Shown: positions 52,301-64,000 of the stretch, one piece after another
Layout of the letters: the number at the start of each line of letters is the position of its first letter
Position numbering within the stretch: position 1 is the first letter of the stretch
NCBI GenBank assembly: GCA_002269645.1
Contig: NIVC01000746.1
Location: forward strand, 1-64,000
Length of the DNA: 64,000 bases
Direction of reading: 5' to 3'
Source: Macrostomum lignano
Taxonomy: Eukaryota
Translations under genes and position numbers: made by a program
Notes under the pieces: generated by a model
What the model was told of the DNA's origin: nothing
The model's database searches: none
Seen by the model: only the letters and a program-made list of their open reading frames with translations

Positions 52301-54381
52301 TCAAGTTGTTATGGACATTTTTGAAAGCTGATCATTGTGCTGGATTGAACGTATTTGAGGCTGCCTCTCGGTATTATTTGGATCGACATGTTCTACCACA
52401 TCAAAACGAATCCAGTCACTTTCAGATGCGTTTGTGTACTCGAAGTACCGTGGCTTCCATGGCGCGGGAATACTTTGCTCTTGTAGCTTGATAAAGTCGA
52501 TGTCTTTGAACCACATATGAGACATTATTTCCATGGCTCCACAGCCTGTTCGATCAGGATTCCGCTCGACTATTACGGAGCTGCCTAATCGCTGATATGG
52601 ATCCAATCGCAGCAAATGGAATAGCAAGTCAGATAACAAAGAGCTTACTTTACTTTGCCTTTCAAACATTAGCTTATCAAACTCCTCCCATGTATACTGA
52701 GAGCTGCGAACACTAAACGAGTCACGTCTGATGAACGGTACTGGTGGCATAAGATTTCGATACTCGAAGTGAAGTCCGTTGCCAGTCTTTGGAACTCGTT
52801 TATAAGGTGGACAGCCGGCAACTAGTTGATGCAGAATGCAGGCGTAGCCCCAGAAATCAGCACAGTAGGTGTATCCTTGATTGCGAAGAATCTCTGGAGC
52901 CATGAATTCCCAAGTACCAAGAATCGAGTAAGTCCTGTTACAAAAATGAAATGAGTTGGCAGTACTATATTTTATACCCTTCGTCAAAATATTGAACACG
53001 ATATAAATCGTGTTGCATCCAAAAACTCACCTGTGCTCCTGTCGCATTAGTTTAGAGAACCCGAAATCGCAGAGCACCATGTAGCCGTTGAATTTGAGCA
53101 GCACATTCTGCGGCTTGATGTCGCGATGCATAACATTTATCGAGTGCAGATAGTGAATTGCCGAAATTAGCTGAGCAGCTAGGAAACGGGCTTCCTTCTC
53201 CGACAAAATCTTTGCCTCGCGAAGGCCTGGGAATACAGATGAACTGCGAATCAGAGCCGAATTCAAGTCCCCTGCTCGATAGTCTTCCATGACAATGTAG
53301 ATATTCATGTAGTCCAAAAAGTAGCCTTGCAGTCTGTTGAGCAGTTGAAGATGCGACGGAAGTTAATTATATGACATTAACAAATACTCGTACATGTTTA
53401 AAATATGGTCTTTGGTAGTTAGAACAATTGACATAATAAAACAAAATCCAGCCACGATTTTTGAAAAAAACCCACTGCTTATGATTATGAGTCTGGGACG
53501 AGGTTAGGAGGTTTAGTTGCGGGGACACTGCCGTAATTCCAGGTGACAGCTGCCCTGCAACCAGTGAAACAATTCGTCATGCCCATTTCGTCACGACTAT
53601 TTTCACTAACTTGAGTAGACTAAAAAGGATTTTTATAAATGCAAAATGCGATTCTATTTCATAAAGTGACGCAGATGCGCTCAGACGCAACTCAGCGATT
53701 CTACAGCGACTCCAGCACGCCTCAGATACGACTCAACGGACCCAGAGGCATTATAGAAGCGCCCCAGAGTCGTTCCAGAGTCGCAGACAATAAAACGCTT
53801 CAAATTGACTCTTAGGGCGACTCTCGTCGTTCTAGAGTCGTCTATTCTACCCAAGTTTGCCTGCAACGATTCTAAAACAACTCTGGGACACTCCTTGGCC
53901 TAGTTACTTGGTACATCTGGTATACTGTTTGCCAGAAAATGTTAAGGTTGTTAACTCACTTAAGTATGAAAACATTGTCAGCGTTGGCAAGAATCTGCAG
54001 TTCAGTGAGCACTTTAGCTGAGCACTTTGGCATGCTGGACTCGCGCATCAGCTTTTTGGAGTGAATTTTCATCCGGTAGAGTTTGCCAGTTTGCCTGTAC
54101 TTCACCAGAGGAAAAATGCCAAAGTGACCGTGCGGCAGGCGGTAGCCGGTGTCGATGGGCACGAACTCCTCCAGACTGTCGGCTGTCACCTCGGCATTGG
54201 GAGGCGGGCTCCAGAAATCCTTCATGATGCCGTCGGCCAGGCGTTGAAAAAATCTTGAGCGCCATTCGCGAGCGCTGGCCTTGCTGATCTCGTAGTACCG
54301 ACTGAATGGCGTCGCCTGCTCGCCCGTGCCCATGGGGTCCAGCATGGGCGAGTCCGCTGGCTTGCCAGGCGTGTTGCCCAT
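52301..54381 (-). CDS. PKA-like AGC serine/threonine kinase (~452 aa); exons 54381-53960, 53333-53031, 52934-52301
   Basis: MGN myristoylation-type start, HRDIKPQN, CDFG, R|TYSILGTWEFMAPE, DFWGYA, WFKDIDF..L...IPAPWKP (AGC tail); both introns are phase 2 with GT-AG boundaries. Confidence 0.85.
53665..53910 (-). repeat. GAGTCG-rich repeat copy 3 (partial, inverted) in kinase intron 1
   Basis: Reverse complement of the 39290-39550 portion. Confidence 0.7.
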
Positions 54382-55006
54382 CTGTCTCGTCTAGCGATCG
54401 CTTGCGAGGCGAACTGCCGATAGAACAGCTTGGAATCTTTTTCAGTTGATTTGCTTTGCTCGCTTAGCGTTACCACTGCAGAATGAACCAGAAAAATGGC
54501 GCTAGTCTCTATGGTAAATTCCGTAGCAGCCTTTATAGATGATCAAGCTTGAGGAAGACAATCAATCACCCGTGGACCACAACTGTCACGGTCGGTTGCG
54601 CTAACACTAGAACAGATTCGCTCCATTTTATTCATAAGCAGGCTGTTAAAAACGTTTCCAGCTTCAATACTCTTTATCTTCATGAAAAGATTCTTTGACA
54701 CTTTTCAATAAATAAAAAAACTGGCGACATGCTATGAAAGCGACGTGGTCGAAACGGAAGATCTATTGATTGAAAGGCTCATAAAAAGTGTGAATGCTTT
54801 GCCTGACATAGAAGAACTAAATTCAACTGGCACAGCTGAGCATGTGATATTCACAACCTGCGTAGTATAGTTAGGGACTCCAACCAAAGGTGTGTATTTT
54901 CATTATAAAATTTGGATTGATAGTCAAGTAACACGAAAGCAGTAGGGTCTCGGGAGTCTTAAGTCGGACCTGCAGACTACAGAGTACAAATTAAGCAATA
55001 CTCGCT

Positions 55007-55551
55007 TTAATAATGAAGCCCTATCAAAGGACGGCGCCGTCCTTTGAGTCTGGCCGATGGCGCACGCAGGAACCATGAGATCCTTCGGTGGGCGACTCTG
55101 CCACGCGCTCTTGGCCATGCCGTGTAGCCGCCGCCATCGCACTCAGCAGCTGCAGGCGTAGAAAAATTCGCCTTTTCCTTTTCTAGCAACGTCTGGCTGT
55201 TGCTGGGAGGCGATGCCCCTCGAGTAGTTCGAATAGCGTCAACTTCAGTTGATTTCGAGTCAGTTGACGATCGTTGCAGAGTTTTGATTGCTTGATTATT
55301 GTGGCTCTCAGCAGCCAAGGGAACTGGCGACGTTTGAATGCAAGCATCCGCGACTTTGCTCTGCTGTCTGGCCTTGTTGCTAGGGACGTTTCTTGATGCA
55401 CTTTCGTCGCTAATAACCGCTTTGCTGCTGCTAGCGCTGCTGCTGATGCAGGTGCTGTCGGCCTCGTTCAGCCATTCGTCAGGTTGCGATGAAACTGCAG
55501 TAGGATATTAGTTGGTGTGATAGAAAAATGAACTAAGTGCATGATGCGACG

Positions 55552-55610
<59 letters not shown>

Positions 55611-56655
55611 GCTACTATATACTATAATGACCGACGGAAAAGATGCAGAGCGATTTGCACCTGTATGACAATCTGACCATGCAAGTAGTTGATGCACAAG
55701 AAGAAACAGTGTTGAAGCGCTCACCCAGCATATTCAGCTCGCAATCTCCTGCCATTGAAATGCTCAGCGTTGCTGAATAAACAGTATCTAACGACTTGGA
55801 CCTCCGGTCGTCAAACTTTCGACTTTTTCGACGTCGCTGACGCTTGTGCCGAAGTCTCCCTATCCCGGACGAGCTCACTGACGTCCCCGAGGCCACTGCG
55901 TCGCAGTTGGAGATGACGCAGGGACTGTTGCTGGCATCCTCAGCGTCGTCTGTCTGAGTAAAGTACGGGCTGCAAGCGTCGCTGGGAAACTGCTGGCAGC
56001 TGATGCAGCCGGAGCAGCCGCAGTGCATCGTCGTCTCGGGTAACCGAAGGATCGAGCGGAGTGCGGAGTGCTGGAGCAGCAGTCGATTTTGATGATATTG
56101 TGCTGGCTTTCTGCAGAGGCAACCCGATGTTGTTGTATACTTTAGGTTACTTCATATCTTCTGAAATTGTCAAACAACTACTACAAAGAGTCACCTTTTG
56201 GCGCAGAGCAAGCTCAGCTTGCCATCGTTGAGAATGTTCGGGGCGATCGCACGACCTCCACCTGCGGCCCTCGGCGATGCGGCACTCGCAGCAGCGGACA
56301 TCCGGTTGGCGAACGCGGGAAAGCTGGACTCGAGCTGGCGACAGCATCGCCTGACAGTAGCCGCATCTTCGCCGACAACTCGGACTCGACAGCGGGGCAA
56401 AACAAAGTTTATCGGACACCGAGACCGTCCAAGCGAGCTCTTCTGCGGCAGAGGAGGCGGCGGCGACGGCGGTGTCACGGTCAGGAAGCTGATGCGGCAC
56501 CGGTGACGCTGTACAATTCGTCGCAGTGTGGGATCGTCCACGGCCGGACTGACGCTGCCGTTAGTCAGCGGAATGAAGAACTCCTCGCGAGCTGCGACGG
56601 CGTTTGGTCGGAGCATTTGGATGCTGCTGACACCTCGCCGGCTGCCACGAGTCAT
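55007..56655 (-). CDS. Putative spliced gene of unknown function; possible KH-like N-terminal domain, Ser-rich remainder
   Basis: GC-rich open frames 56655-56191, ~56136-55723 and ~55497-55007 with plausible splice sites; the first junction phase is unresolved. Confidence 0.35.
55553..55610. repeat. (AAT)n microsatellite
   Basis: About 18 copies. Confidence 0.95.
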
Positions 56656-58129
56656 GGCTGAGCCCCAATCAGAAAATTTTGAATAGCATCAGAAATTCAT
56701 ACTTGTTCTTATTGAAGAAGAACAACAACTTCTATGGTAATTTATCGGTTGTAGGAGGACTGAGAGCCAACAACAACAGGAAGTTCCACATAGTAAGAAA
56801 TAGAAGCGCCTTGTAAGCACTCACTCAAAAACGATTTCAACAGTATTGGTATTACCATTGATGCTAAGCCTCATTTCCTTTTCAATGTTAGCACTCACTA
56901 CGTTGCTTTGTTCCATAGCTTCAGCAGAGCGTTCAGGCTCGGTTTCAATATAGACGAGCTTGATGACTGACTACCAGATTGAAGATCATGGTCTTATACT
57001 TTACTTTAACATGTTACCATAACATGGTCTTATACGTCAAACTGAGTATAGCGCTATACTCAGTATAGCGCTATATAGCTGTCAGCGCTATATAGCTGTC
57101 GAAAAATGTCTGTAACATTTAGCTTAGAGATTAAGTTCAGCTAAACGATTAGTACGCCTCGTGAGACCTCTACAGCCGGTCCTGGGCGAGTTTGAATCGT
57201 ATTCTTCGGCACATCTGTAGAGGCTCCCAGTTTTACCATTGACTTGAAAACTGCTGAAAGTAAATCTAGATTTATCTAATAAAATTCTACACTTTCGAAT
57301 TGCTGCCAATCAATTTTATGTTCTCAATAGTGTTTTAATTGCCCTATGGAGAGAAGATTTCCATTCAAATTGAATGCAAACACAATCGATTGCACTCTGA
57401 ACTCGGTCATTGGAAGGTTTTCAGCAGCAGCAATAAAATTTCGTGACTCCACAGACAATAAGGGCTCCAAAAGCACTTACCACAGCCACTGTCAATCACG
57501 CTATGCTCAGTGAACAGGTGGCTGGATGATTAACAGAACAGCAGCAGACTTATCCATTGGACTGTCTTGTCCTTCCGCATGGAATGCGATGTACATGTAA
57601 TCGTATTCAAAGCGATATGCACACACGAAATTCTCAATTGCACTGATTGTGCCAATGCAATGATATTGCCACTCTCACAAGTGGATGCTGCTTCAATAGG
57701 AGCTCAGAATCATGCGCCTCATCTCCATTCCCCTCCCCTCTCCGACATTCGAGGGAGGAGGGATCTCCACTCGAACCCGGGTCTTGTCTCTGCGGGAAAT
57801 TGCATGCAATCAGAGCCTCGGTGCAATTATTGATGCAGCAAGCCAGTGGATGCTGGTCATCATCATAAATTCAGCTGGATCGCAATCGAAATTCGCGATG
57901 GAATTGCTGCTGCTACCGATGGCGGACAAGAGTGCACCTTGCGGAGTGGCGTGAAAGTGCAGAATTTCAAGCATAAAGTGCTAGTTCGCATGGGGCTTTG
58001 GCATTGCCCGCATAAAAATTGCACTCCTCCGAAAACTAAATGTGAGTTAGCCAAGCTCGAGACATGACAAGAGCTCAACTTCTGCCTCCTTTTGGACTTG
58101 GCTTTCATCGGCCTTGGAGATTGGGTTGA

Positions 58130-58500
58130 GGGCGCCTATCAAAAGACAGGGGCGTCCACCAAGAGACAGGGGCGCCCATCAAGAGACAGGGGCGCCTAAC
58201 AAAAGACAGGGGCGCCAACCAAGAGACAGGGGCGCCCACCAAAAGACAGGGGCGCCCATCAAGAGACAGGGGTGCCCACCAAGAGACAGGGGCACCCACT
58301 AAGAGTTAGGGGCGCCCACCTAGGAGACAGTTGTGCCCACCAAGAGACAGGGGCGCCCATCAAGAGACAGGGGCGCCCATCAAGAGACAGGGGCGCCCAC
58401 CAAAAGACAGGGGTGCCCACCAAGAGACAGGGGCGCCCATCAAGAGACAGGGGCGCTCACTAAGAGACAGGGGCGCCCATCGAGAGACAGGGGCGCCCAC
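58130..58500. repeat. 20-bp minisatellite (CAAGAGACAGGGGCGCCCAY)n
   Basis: About 18 copies. Confidence 0.92.
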
Positions 58501-59099
58501 CAAAACATCAAATTTTGGCTCCCCTTTAGTGTTCCGGCGACCTCCAATTAAAATCCACTGACTGCCACAAGTCAAGGCGACAGTCGATCCGTACCCAGCT
58601 GGAGAAGGCAAGCAAGTCGAGCCCAATTCCACTGACCCTGAGCGCGCACACGGAAGCTTTACCATAGGACACTAAGTGTACGAAAACACCTTCATATTTT
58701 TCTGACTTAATCGATCTATGGAAGTGGATTTCATAAGACCTAAAATCCGTTCGGACATGAGATTAACACAGTCTAACTGTTCCAGAGTCATACGCTCGTA
58801 TCTTACTGGCATTTGCCCCGATCTGCATCTCGCAGCGACTGACTTGGCCCAAGTGCGACGGCCTACCGCGGATTCAGCCAATAGAAATCGCTCAGTCTGG
58901 CTCGAGATAATGGAATTATAAAACAACGAGTAAAAACGTCGGCCTAAGACTCGCGAGCCGACACGACAGTCATCTAAATAACAAAAAACTCACTGACAAA
59001 CCAGTTTTTAAGGTGAGTTATCCGTATCACCTTTTCTTCGTTTGATTAAACAATCTAGCATTACTGATCCTTGATACTGACCACCTAGTCTACCACTAA

Positions 59100-60241
59100 A
59101 CGGCAACCCACCGACCTAATGAGTCCTGAGAGTCGAATACCGAACAGAAACCCACACAAACCCGAAGAGCCCTGAGAGTCGAATACCGAACAGAAACCCA
59201 CACAAACCCGAAGAGCCCTGAGAGTCGAATACCGAACAGAAACCCACACAAACCCGAAGAGCCCTGAGAGTCGAATACCGAACAGAAACCCACCGACCTA
59301 ATAAGCCCTAAGAGTCGAATACCGAACAGAAACCCACCGACCTAATAAGCCCTAAGAGTCGAATACCGAACAGAAACCCACACAAACCCGAAGAGCCCTG
59401 AGAGTCGAATACCGAACAGAAACCCACACAAACCCGAAGAGCCCTGAGAGTCGAATACCGAACAGAAACCCACACAAACCCGAAGAGCCCTGAGAGTCGA
59501 ATACCGAACAGAAACCCACCGACCTAATAAGCCCTAAGAGTCGAATACCGAACAGAAACCCACACAAACCCGAAGAGCCCTGAGAGTCGAATACCGAACA
59601 GAAACCCACCGACCTAATAAGCCCTAAGAGTCGAATACCGAACAGAAACCCACCGGCCTAATAAGCCCTAAGAGTCGAATACCGAACAAAAACCCACACA
59701 AACCCGAAGAGCCCTGAGAGTCGAATACCGAACAGAAACCCACACAAACCCGAAGAGCCCTGAGAGTCGAATACCGAACAGAAACCCACACAAACCCGAA
59801 GAGCCCTGAGAGTCGAATACCGAACAGAAACCCACACAAACCCGAAGAGCCCTGAGAGTCGAATACCGAACAGAAACCCACCGACCTAATAAGCCCTAAG
59901 AGTCGAATACCGAACAGAAACCCACACAAACCCGAAGAGCCCTGAGAGTCGAATACCGAACAGAAACCCACCGACCTAATAAGCCCTAAGAGTCGAATAC
60001 CGAACAGAAACCCACACAAACCCGAAGAGCCCTGAGAGTCGAATACCGAACAGAAACCCACACAAACCCGAAGAGCCCTGAGAGTCGAATACCGAACAGA
60101 AACCCACACAAACCCGAAGAGCCCTGAGAGTCGAATACCGAACAGAAACCCACCGACCTAATGAGCCCTGAGAGTCGAATACCGAACAGAAACCCACCGA
60201 CCTAATGAGCCCTGAGAGTCGAATACCGAACAGAAACCCAC
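59100..60241. repeat. 44/46-bp two-variant minisatellite
   Basis: Constant AGAGTCGAATACCGAACAGAAACCCAC followed by either ACAAACCCGAAGAGCCCTG or CGACCTAATAAGCCCTA. Confidence 0.95.
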
Positions 60242-61859
60242 TAGACTAAATAGCTCGTAATTATTTCAGTCGTTCGACCAAATAGAAAAGTTTTCAAAGT
60301 CTTTGGGTGTCCCAACGCAAGTCTTTGCGCCGATCTGTGCATTGGAGAACAAAAGTGAAAGCTACAAATAAGTACAGTACGAGCCTTCCCGATTCTATAC
60401 AGACTCGATACAGTGGGCCTCATAGAAGCCAAAACATACCCCTTAATGGAAAGATAATTGGCTCAATTAAGCCCTAGACACTCCTGAAGGCAGCCCATGC
60501 AGTTAACCTAAGGCTCTTAGCCTAATGAAGCAAAAATTACATAAATTACAGAATAATAATGAAACCTGACGGGAGAAAATGCAAATCTTGGAGGGTTCGC
60601 GGTGCAGTGCCAAGCAATTTTTGCTATGTAAATCAGTTACCGTTATCTCTAAATGCAAGCATTTGACGAAGGCACCAGATAATAAAAGTAGAATCTGCTC
60701 GAATTGCATACTCCTTAAGCAGCGAAATTCATCAGTTACCATCTTATGAGTAGGGTTTGAGCTCATGCAATAGTACGAAAGTCTCCGTCCAATTCGTCTC
60801 TGATAGCTAAAATAAATCAACAGTGTTCGCCCGCCCGCCTCGCAGCCGATGTTAATTAGCATCGGAGGGCCATCAGAGCCTCTGCTCGGCCCAGCGGACT
60901 TCGGCAGTGAGAGAGGAAACTGACCGAAGACCGATGGGAAGAAGCTCCCTGATTCTATTCTATAAGAGACAGAGTGCAGAATGATGAGAGAGTAGGGCGC
61001 CAGACCAGTGTATTTGAGTTGACTCTGGGAGGCTTGCGATAGAAGCGAAGTGGCGAAATCTTAACCGAACTGGGCGCCACTCCAATCACCTGGCGAGTTG
61101 CTGAGGAATACAGCTCGTTATATGAACTGGCGCATGCAGCCAGTGTCCATTAGTTTGTCGTGTCGGATTCCCTCCGCTGCCAATGCAGGTGAAGGAGCTG
61201 AGCTGCGCATGAAAGCTTTCTAGACTTTGCCCACACCCCCGGAGGCGTTCGACTCAAAGGTGCTAATTGATCACGTAGACTGGTGGGCACTGCCGGACCT
61301 CACCCAGCCCTGGCCCAGCAATTGGCACGACTCGGGTGTGGCGCACAGTTTGATGACGAGGGTCACTCGTTTAGATATTTTTTACGTCAAGCGAAAATCT
61401 CCGAGCATAATAACCCCGGCTCCCTGCGACCGGCTCTGATTTAGTCGGGGGCATGGCGTGTAAATAATGATTCGTGGGAAGAAACTTTCTCAAAGGGAAG
61501 TTGCGTGCACAGCCGACGGCGCTGCCTCTAGAGGGAAGGGTGGAAGCAGCGAGAGTCAGCCAGCGGTCATAAAAAATGTGTTCACTTTCGCTGGCCTGCC
61601 ATGAAATATGACCATGGAGTCGTTCTGTTTCGGATAAGCAGACGGAACTCCTTCCTGTAAGGCAAGAGGCTGCACGAGAGTTGAATGGCACACGCCTTAG
61701 GAGCCCATTTGAATTGTGCAGTTTTCTCACCGGCTGATGTGGCAGCGAAAGGAATTAAAAGCACCAGAAGTTCATTGAAGTTAATTAGACCAATTGGAGC
61801 CTGATGCTGTGGTCGATTTTAGATGCTGTTGCATTGACTACCAATAAAGAGTTACTCTC

Positions 61860-62000
61860 TCTGTGCCTGGGGGGTTGGCCCTGAAGGCTTTGAATTGCAC
61901 GACACCCCCAATTTTTGTGCACAAGCCCCAAACATGGCCGCACACGGGGTCGGCCCGGTGAACTGCGCTGCCCTCAGCTGCTGCTCTATCTGGCAGGTCA
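61860..62000 (-). mobile_element. SINE family 2-related fragment
   Basis: Reverse complement reads TTTGGGGCTTGTG...GTGCAATT...GCCAACCCCCCAGGCACAGAGAG, as in 21742-22097 and 38665-38815. Confidence 0.45.
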
Positions 62001-62385
62001 TTCTGAAAAAGCTGGCAGTCAATAAATCATTAGTCTCCTAATGTTGCGAATAGCAGAAAAAACTTTTCACTCAAAGCCATGGCCAGTGCAATTTTTGATC
62101 CACTTTTTTTCCTCGCTGCGGTTTCGAATTTCATCCCGAGACGGGGCAGGAAGAGCAGGAGACAATAAATTTTACAAAGAATTTCACGACTCGCTGGTCC
62201 CGACCCGATGGGCCGTGAAAATCGACTCTCACAGATAAAGATTTTTCAATTTCTATCCGGTTTGTCCAGCAGCCGGTGGTCGATGACTTGATTCTCTGCT
62301 GTGCGCTCGTAAAACCAGAAAAAATCCTCCCTATAAACATTCTTTCCAGTGCCAGCAGAGAGCCAAGCAACTTGAGACTGCGATC

Positions 62386-62874
62386 ATGCTGCTGGCCCGA
62401 CCGAAAAGTGCTTGGAGAAACGGCTTCGTGATTTGCCTGCTTCTGGCCTGCTGCTGTTGCTGCCTGCGGCCGGCGCTTGCTGAGGCCAAAGCTGAGGACG
62501 CAGAAAAGCGCGGCGCCTACTCCGGTTTTCTAGGAAAGCGCGGCGCCTATTCTGGATTTTTAGGAAAGCGCGGCGCCTACTCCGGTTTTCTAGGAAAGCG
62601 CGGTGCCTACTCCGGTTTTCTAGGAAAGCGCGGCGCCTACTCCGGTTTTCTAGGAAAGCGCGGAGCCTATTCTGGATTTCTAGGAAAGCGCGGCGCCTAC
62701 TCCGGTTTTCTAGGAAAGCGCGGTGCCTACTCCGGTTTTCTAGGAAAGCGCGGTGCCTACTCCGGTTTTCTAGGAAAGCGTGGTGCCTATTCTGGCTTTC
62801 TAGGAAAGCGCGGCGCCTACTCCGGATTTCTAGGAAAGCGAAACGACGCAACGAGCGACTTGGAAGAGATGTGA
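62386..62874 (+). CDS. Neuropeptide precursor: signal peptide plus 11 copies of GAYSGFL-amide
   Basis: Hydrophobic signal (FVICLLLACCCCCLRPALA); 11 x KR-GAYSGFL-G flanked by dibasic sites; acidic spacers at both ends; variation among copies is only synonymous. Confidence 0.93.
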   Translation: MLLARPKSAWRNGFVICLLLACCCCCLRPALAEAKAEDAEKRGAYSGFLGKRGAYSGFLGKRGAYSGFLGKRGAYSGFLGKRGAYSGFLGKRGAYSGFLGKRGAYSGFLGKRGAYSGFLGKRGAYSGFLGKRGAYSGFLGKRGAYSGFLGKRNDATSDLEEM

Positions 62875-63689
62875 TCACTTTGACTCAAAAAGCAGTTGCA
62901 TGGGGCTGGAACATTGTTTAACAGTTGCTGGTGTAATAATTTCAGGGTGCATTGAAAATCTAGGAAAGTAATTTCAGTGAAACATTTTGTTGGAATTAGT
63001 CCTAGCTAATTAAGTTAAAATTAAATCCAATCTAAAGTTCAAAGACAATTGATTTCAATAACAATTAGGTGAGAGTCCCCTGATGGCGGAAGCGCTGCGT
63101 TCTATCCAGCTATTGCACACCAAATATATGCGTGATCCAAATCTCAAATGCTGTTTGGCCACAGCGCAATCTCATAAACCTTTAGCTATAGATGTTTTTC
63201 CTGTCCATTTTTTCTCGGTGTGTTTCTGGGCGCCTGGTCATATAATTTACGAGTGTATGGCCAGTCCACTGTAAACTGGCCGCATGCATTACTGCTCCGT
63301 GTCAGAGACAAAATTAATGAGCACAGCATTGCTGCTTTACACCAAATCAGTTGAGAATGTGTTTACCGCAAGCTGCACATACGGCTAGATAGGACGAGTT
63401 TGTCTATAAGAGCATAAAAATGGAGACTTTAACCTTTGAAGTTTAAACCGAAATTTGCGAAACAGACGTTTGCGTATAGTGCTTCTAAATTGAGACTTGA
63501 GTGCATGAATCGAAGCAAAATACTAGTATTTTAAACAGAAAGTTGCTCCTTAAAAAATGAGTGTCTATGTAGGAGAGTTTTTGGAAAAAATGGTGTCTTA
63601 AAAATGTTTCTCAGAAAGACTTTTAGAAAAAGAAAATTCCTCAAAAGAGAGTTTGAAGAAGGAAGGGCTTCCAAGAAATAAAGTTTTAG

Positions 63690-64000
63690 AGTTTCTCAAA
63701 AATATACTTCTCAAAAAGAGTTTCCTAGAAAGATAGTTTCTCAGACAGAGAGTTTCACAGATAGAGTTTCTTAGGAAGAAAGTTTTCCAGAAAGAGTTTC
63801 CTAGAAAGAGTGGTTCTCAGAAAGAGAGTTTCCCAGAGAGTTTCCCAGAGAGTTTTCCAGAGTTTCACACAAAGGAGAGTTTCTTAGAGATAAGGTTTCT
63901 CAGAAAGATTTTCCTAGAAAGAGAGTTTCTAGAAAGAGAGTTTTCTAGAAAGAGAGTTTCCTAGAAAGAGAGTTTCCTAGAAAGAGAGTTTCCTAGAAAG
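63690..64000. repeat. Degenerate ~20-bp repeat (GAGAGTTTCCTAGAAA-like), running off the window end
   Basis: Direct inspection. Confidence 0.8.

Noticed and set aside
59100-60241. CRISPR array
   Set aside because: Only two recurring spacer types, no cas genes, eukaryotic context.
62384-62878. Antisense 164-aa ORF (RRAFLENRS repeats)
   Set aside because: Shadow of the neuropeptide precursor; the synonymous-only variation is on the plus strand.

Overview
Animal (eukaryotic) genomic DNA with GT-AG introns, CAG-encoded poly-Q tracts and introns packed with minisatellites. The style fits a flatworm such as Macrostomum; that is inference, not a database result. Host genes: a CLK/Doa LAMMER kinase, a tandem DUF1330-like gene, a small single-pass membrane protein, ULK1/Atg1, a divergent GPCR-like ORF, RAB3GAP2, a PKA-like AGC kinase and an 11-copy GAYSGFLamide neuropeptide precursor. 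The standout is an 8,018-bp Polinton/Maverick-type element (11491-19508) with AGTAGT termini, 46-bp identical terminal inverted repeats and a perfect 6-bp AATAAA target-site duplication, lying in an intron of the DUF1330-like gene. Its core genes are telescoped by deletions: pPolB is gutted, the integrase is broken and the capsid block is excised. It keeps the ATPase and two conserved small ORFs, and carries a cargo block of a DEDD/Maelstrom-like nuclease, a two-repeat TATA-binding-protein-like gene with its own TATAAAAG/CCAAT promoter, and a tandem PC4-like ssDNA-binding gene. The window also holds two tRNA-derived SINE families (one CORE-like), hAT MITEs, Tc1/mariner relics and many tandem arrays. 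All family calls come from motif recognition by eye; no searches were run, and repeat boundaries are approximate.
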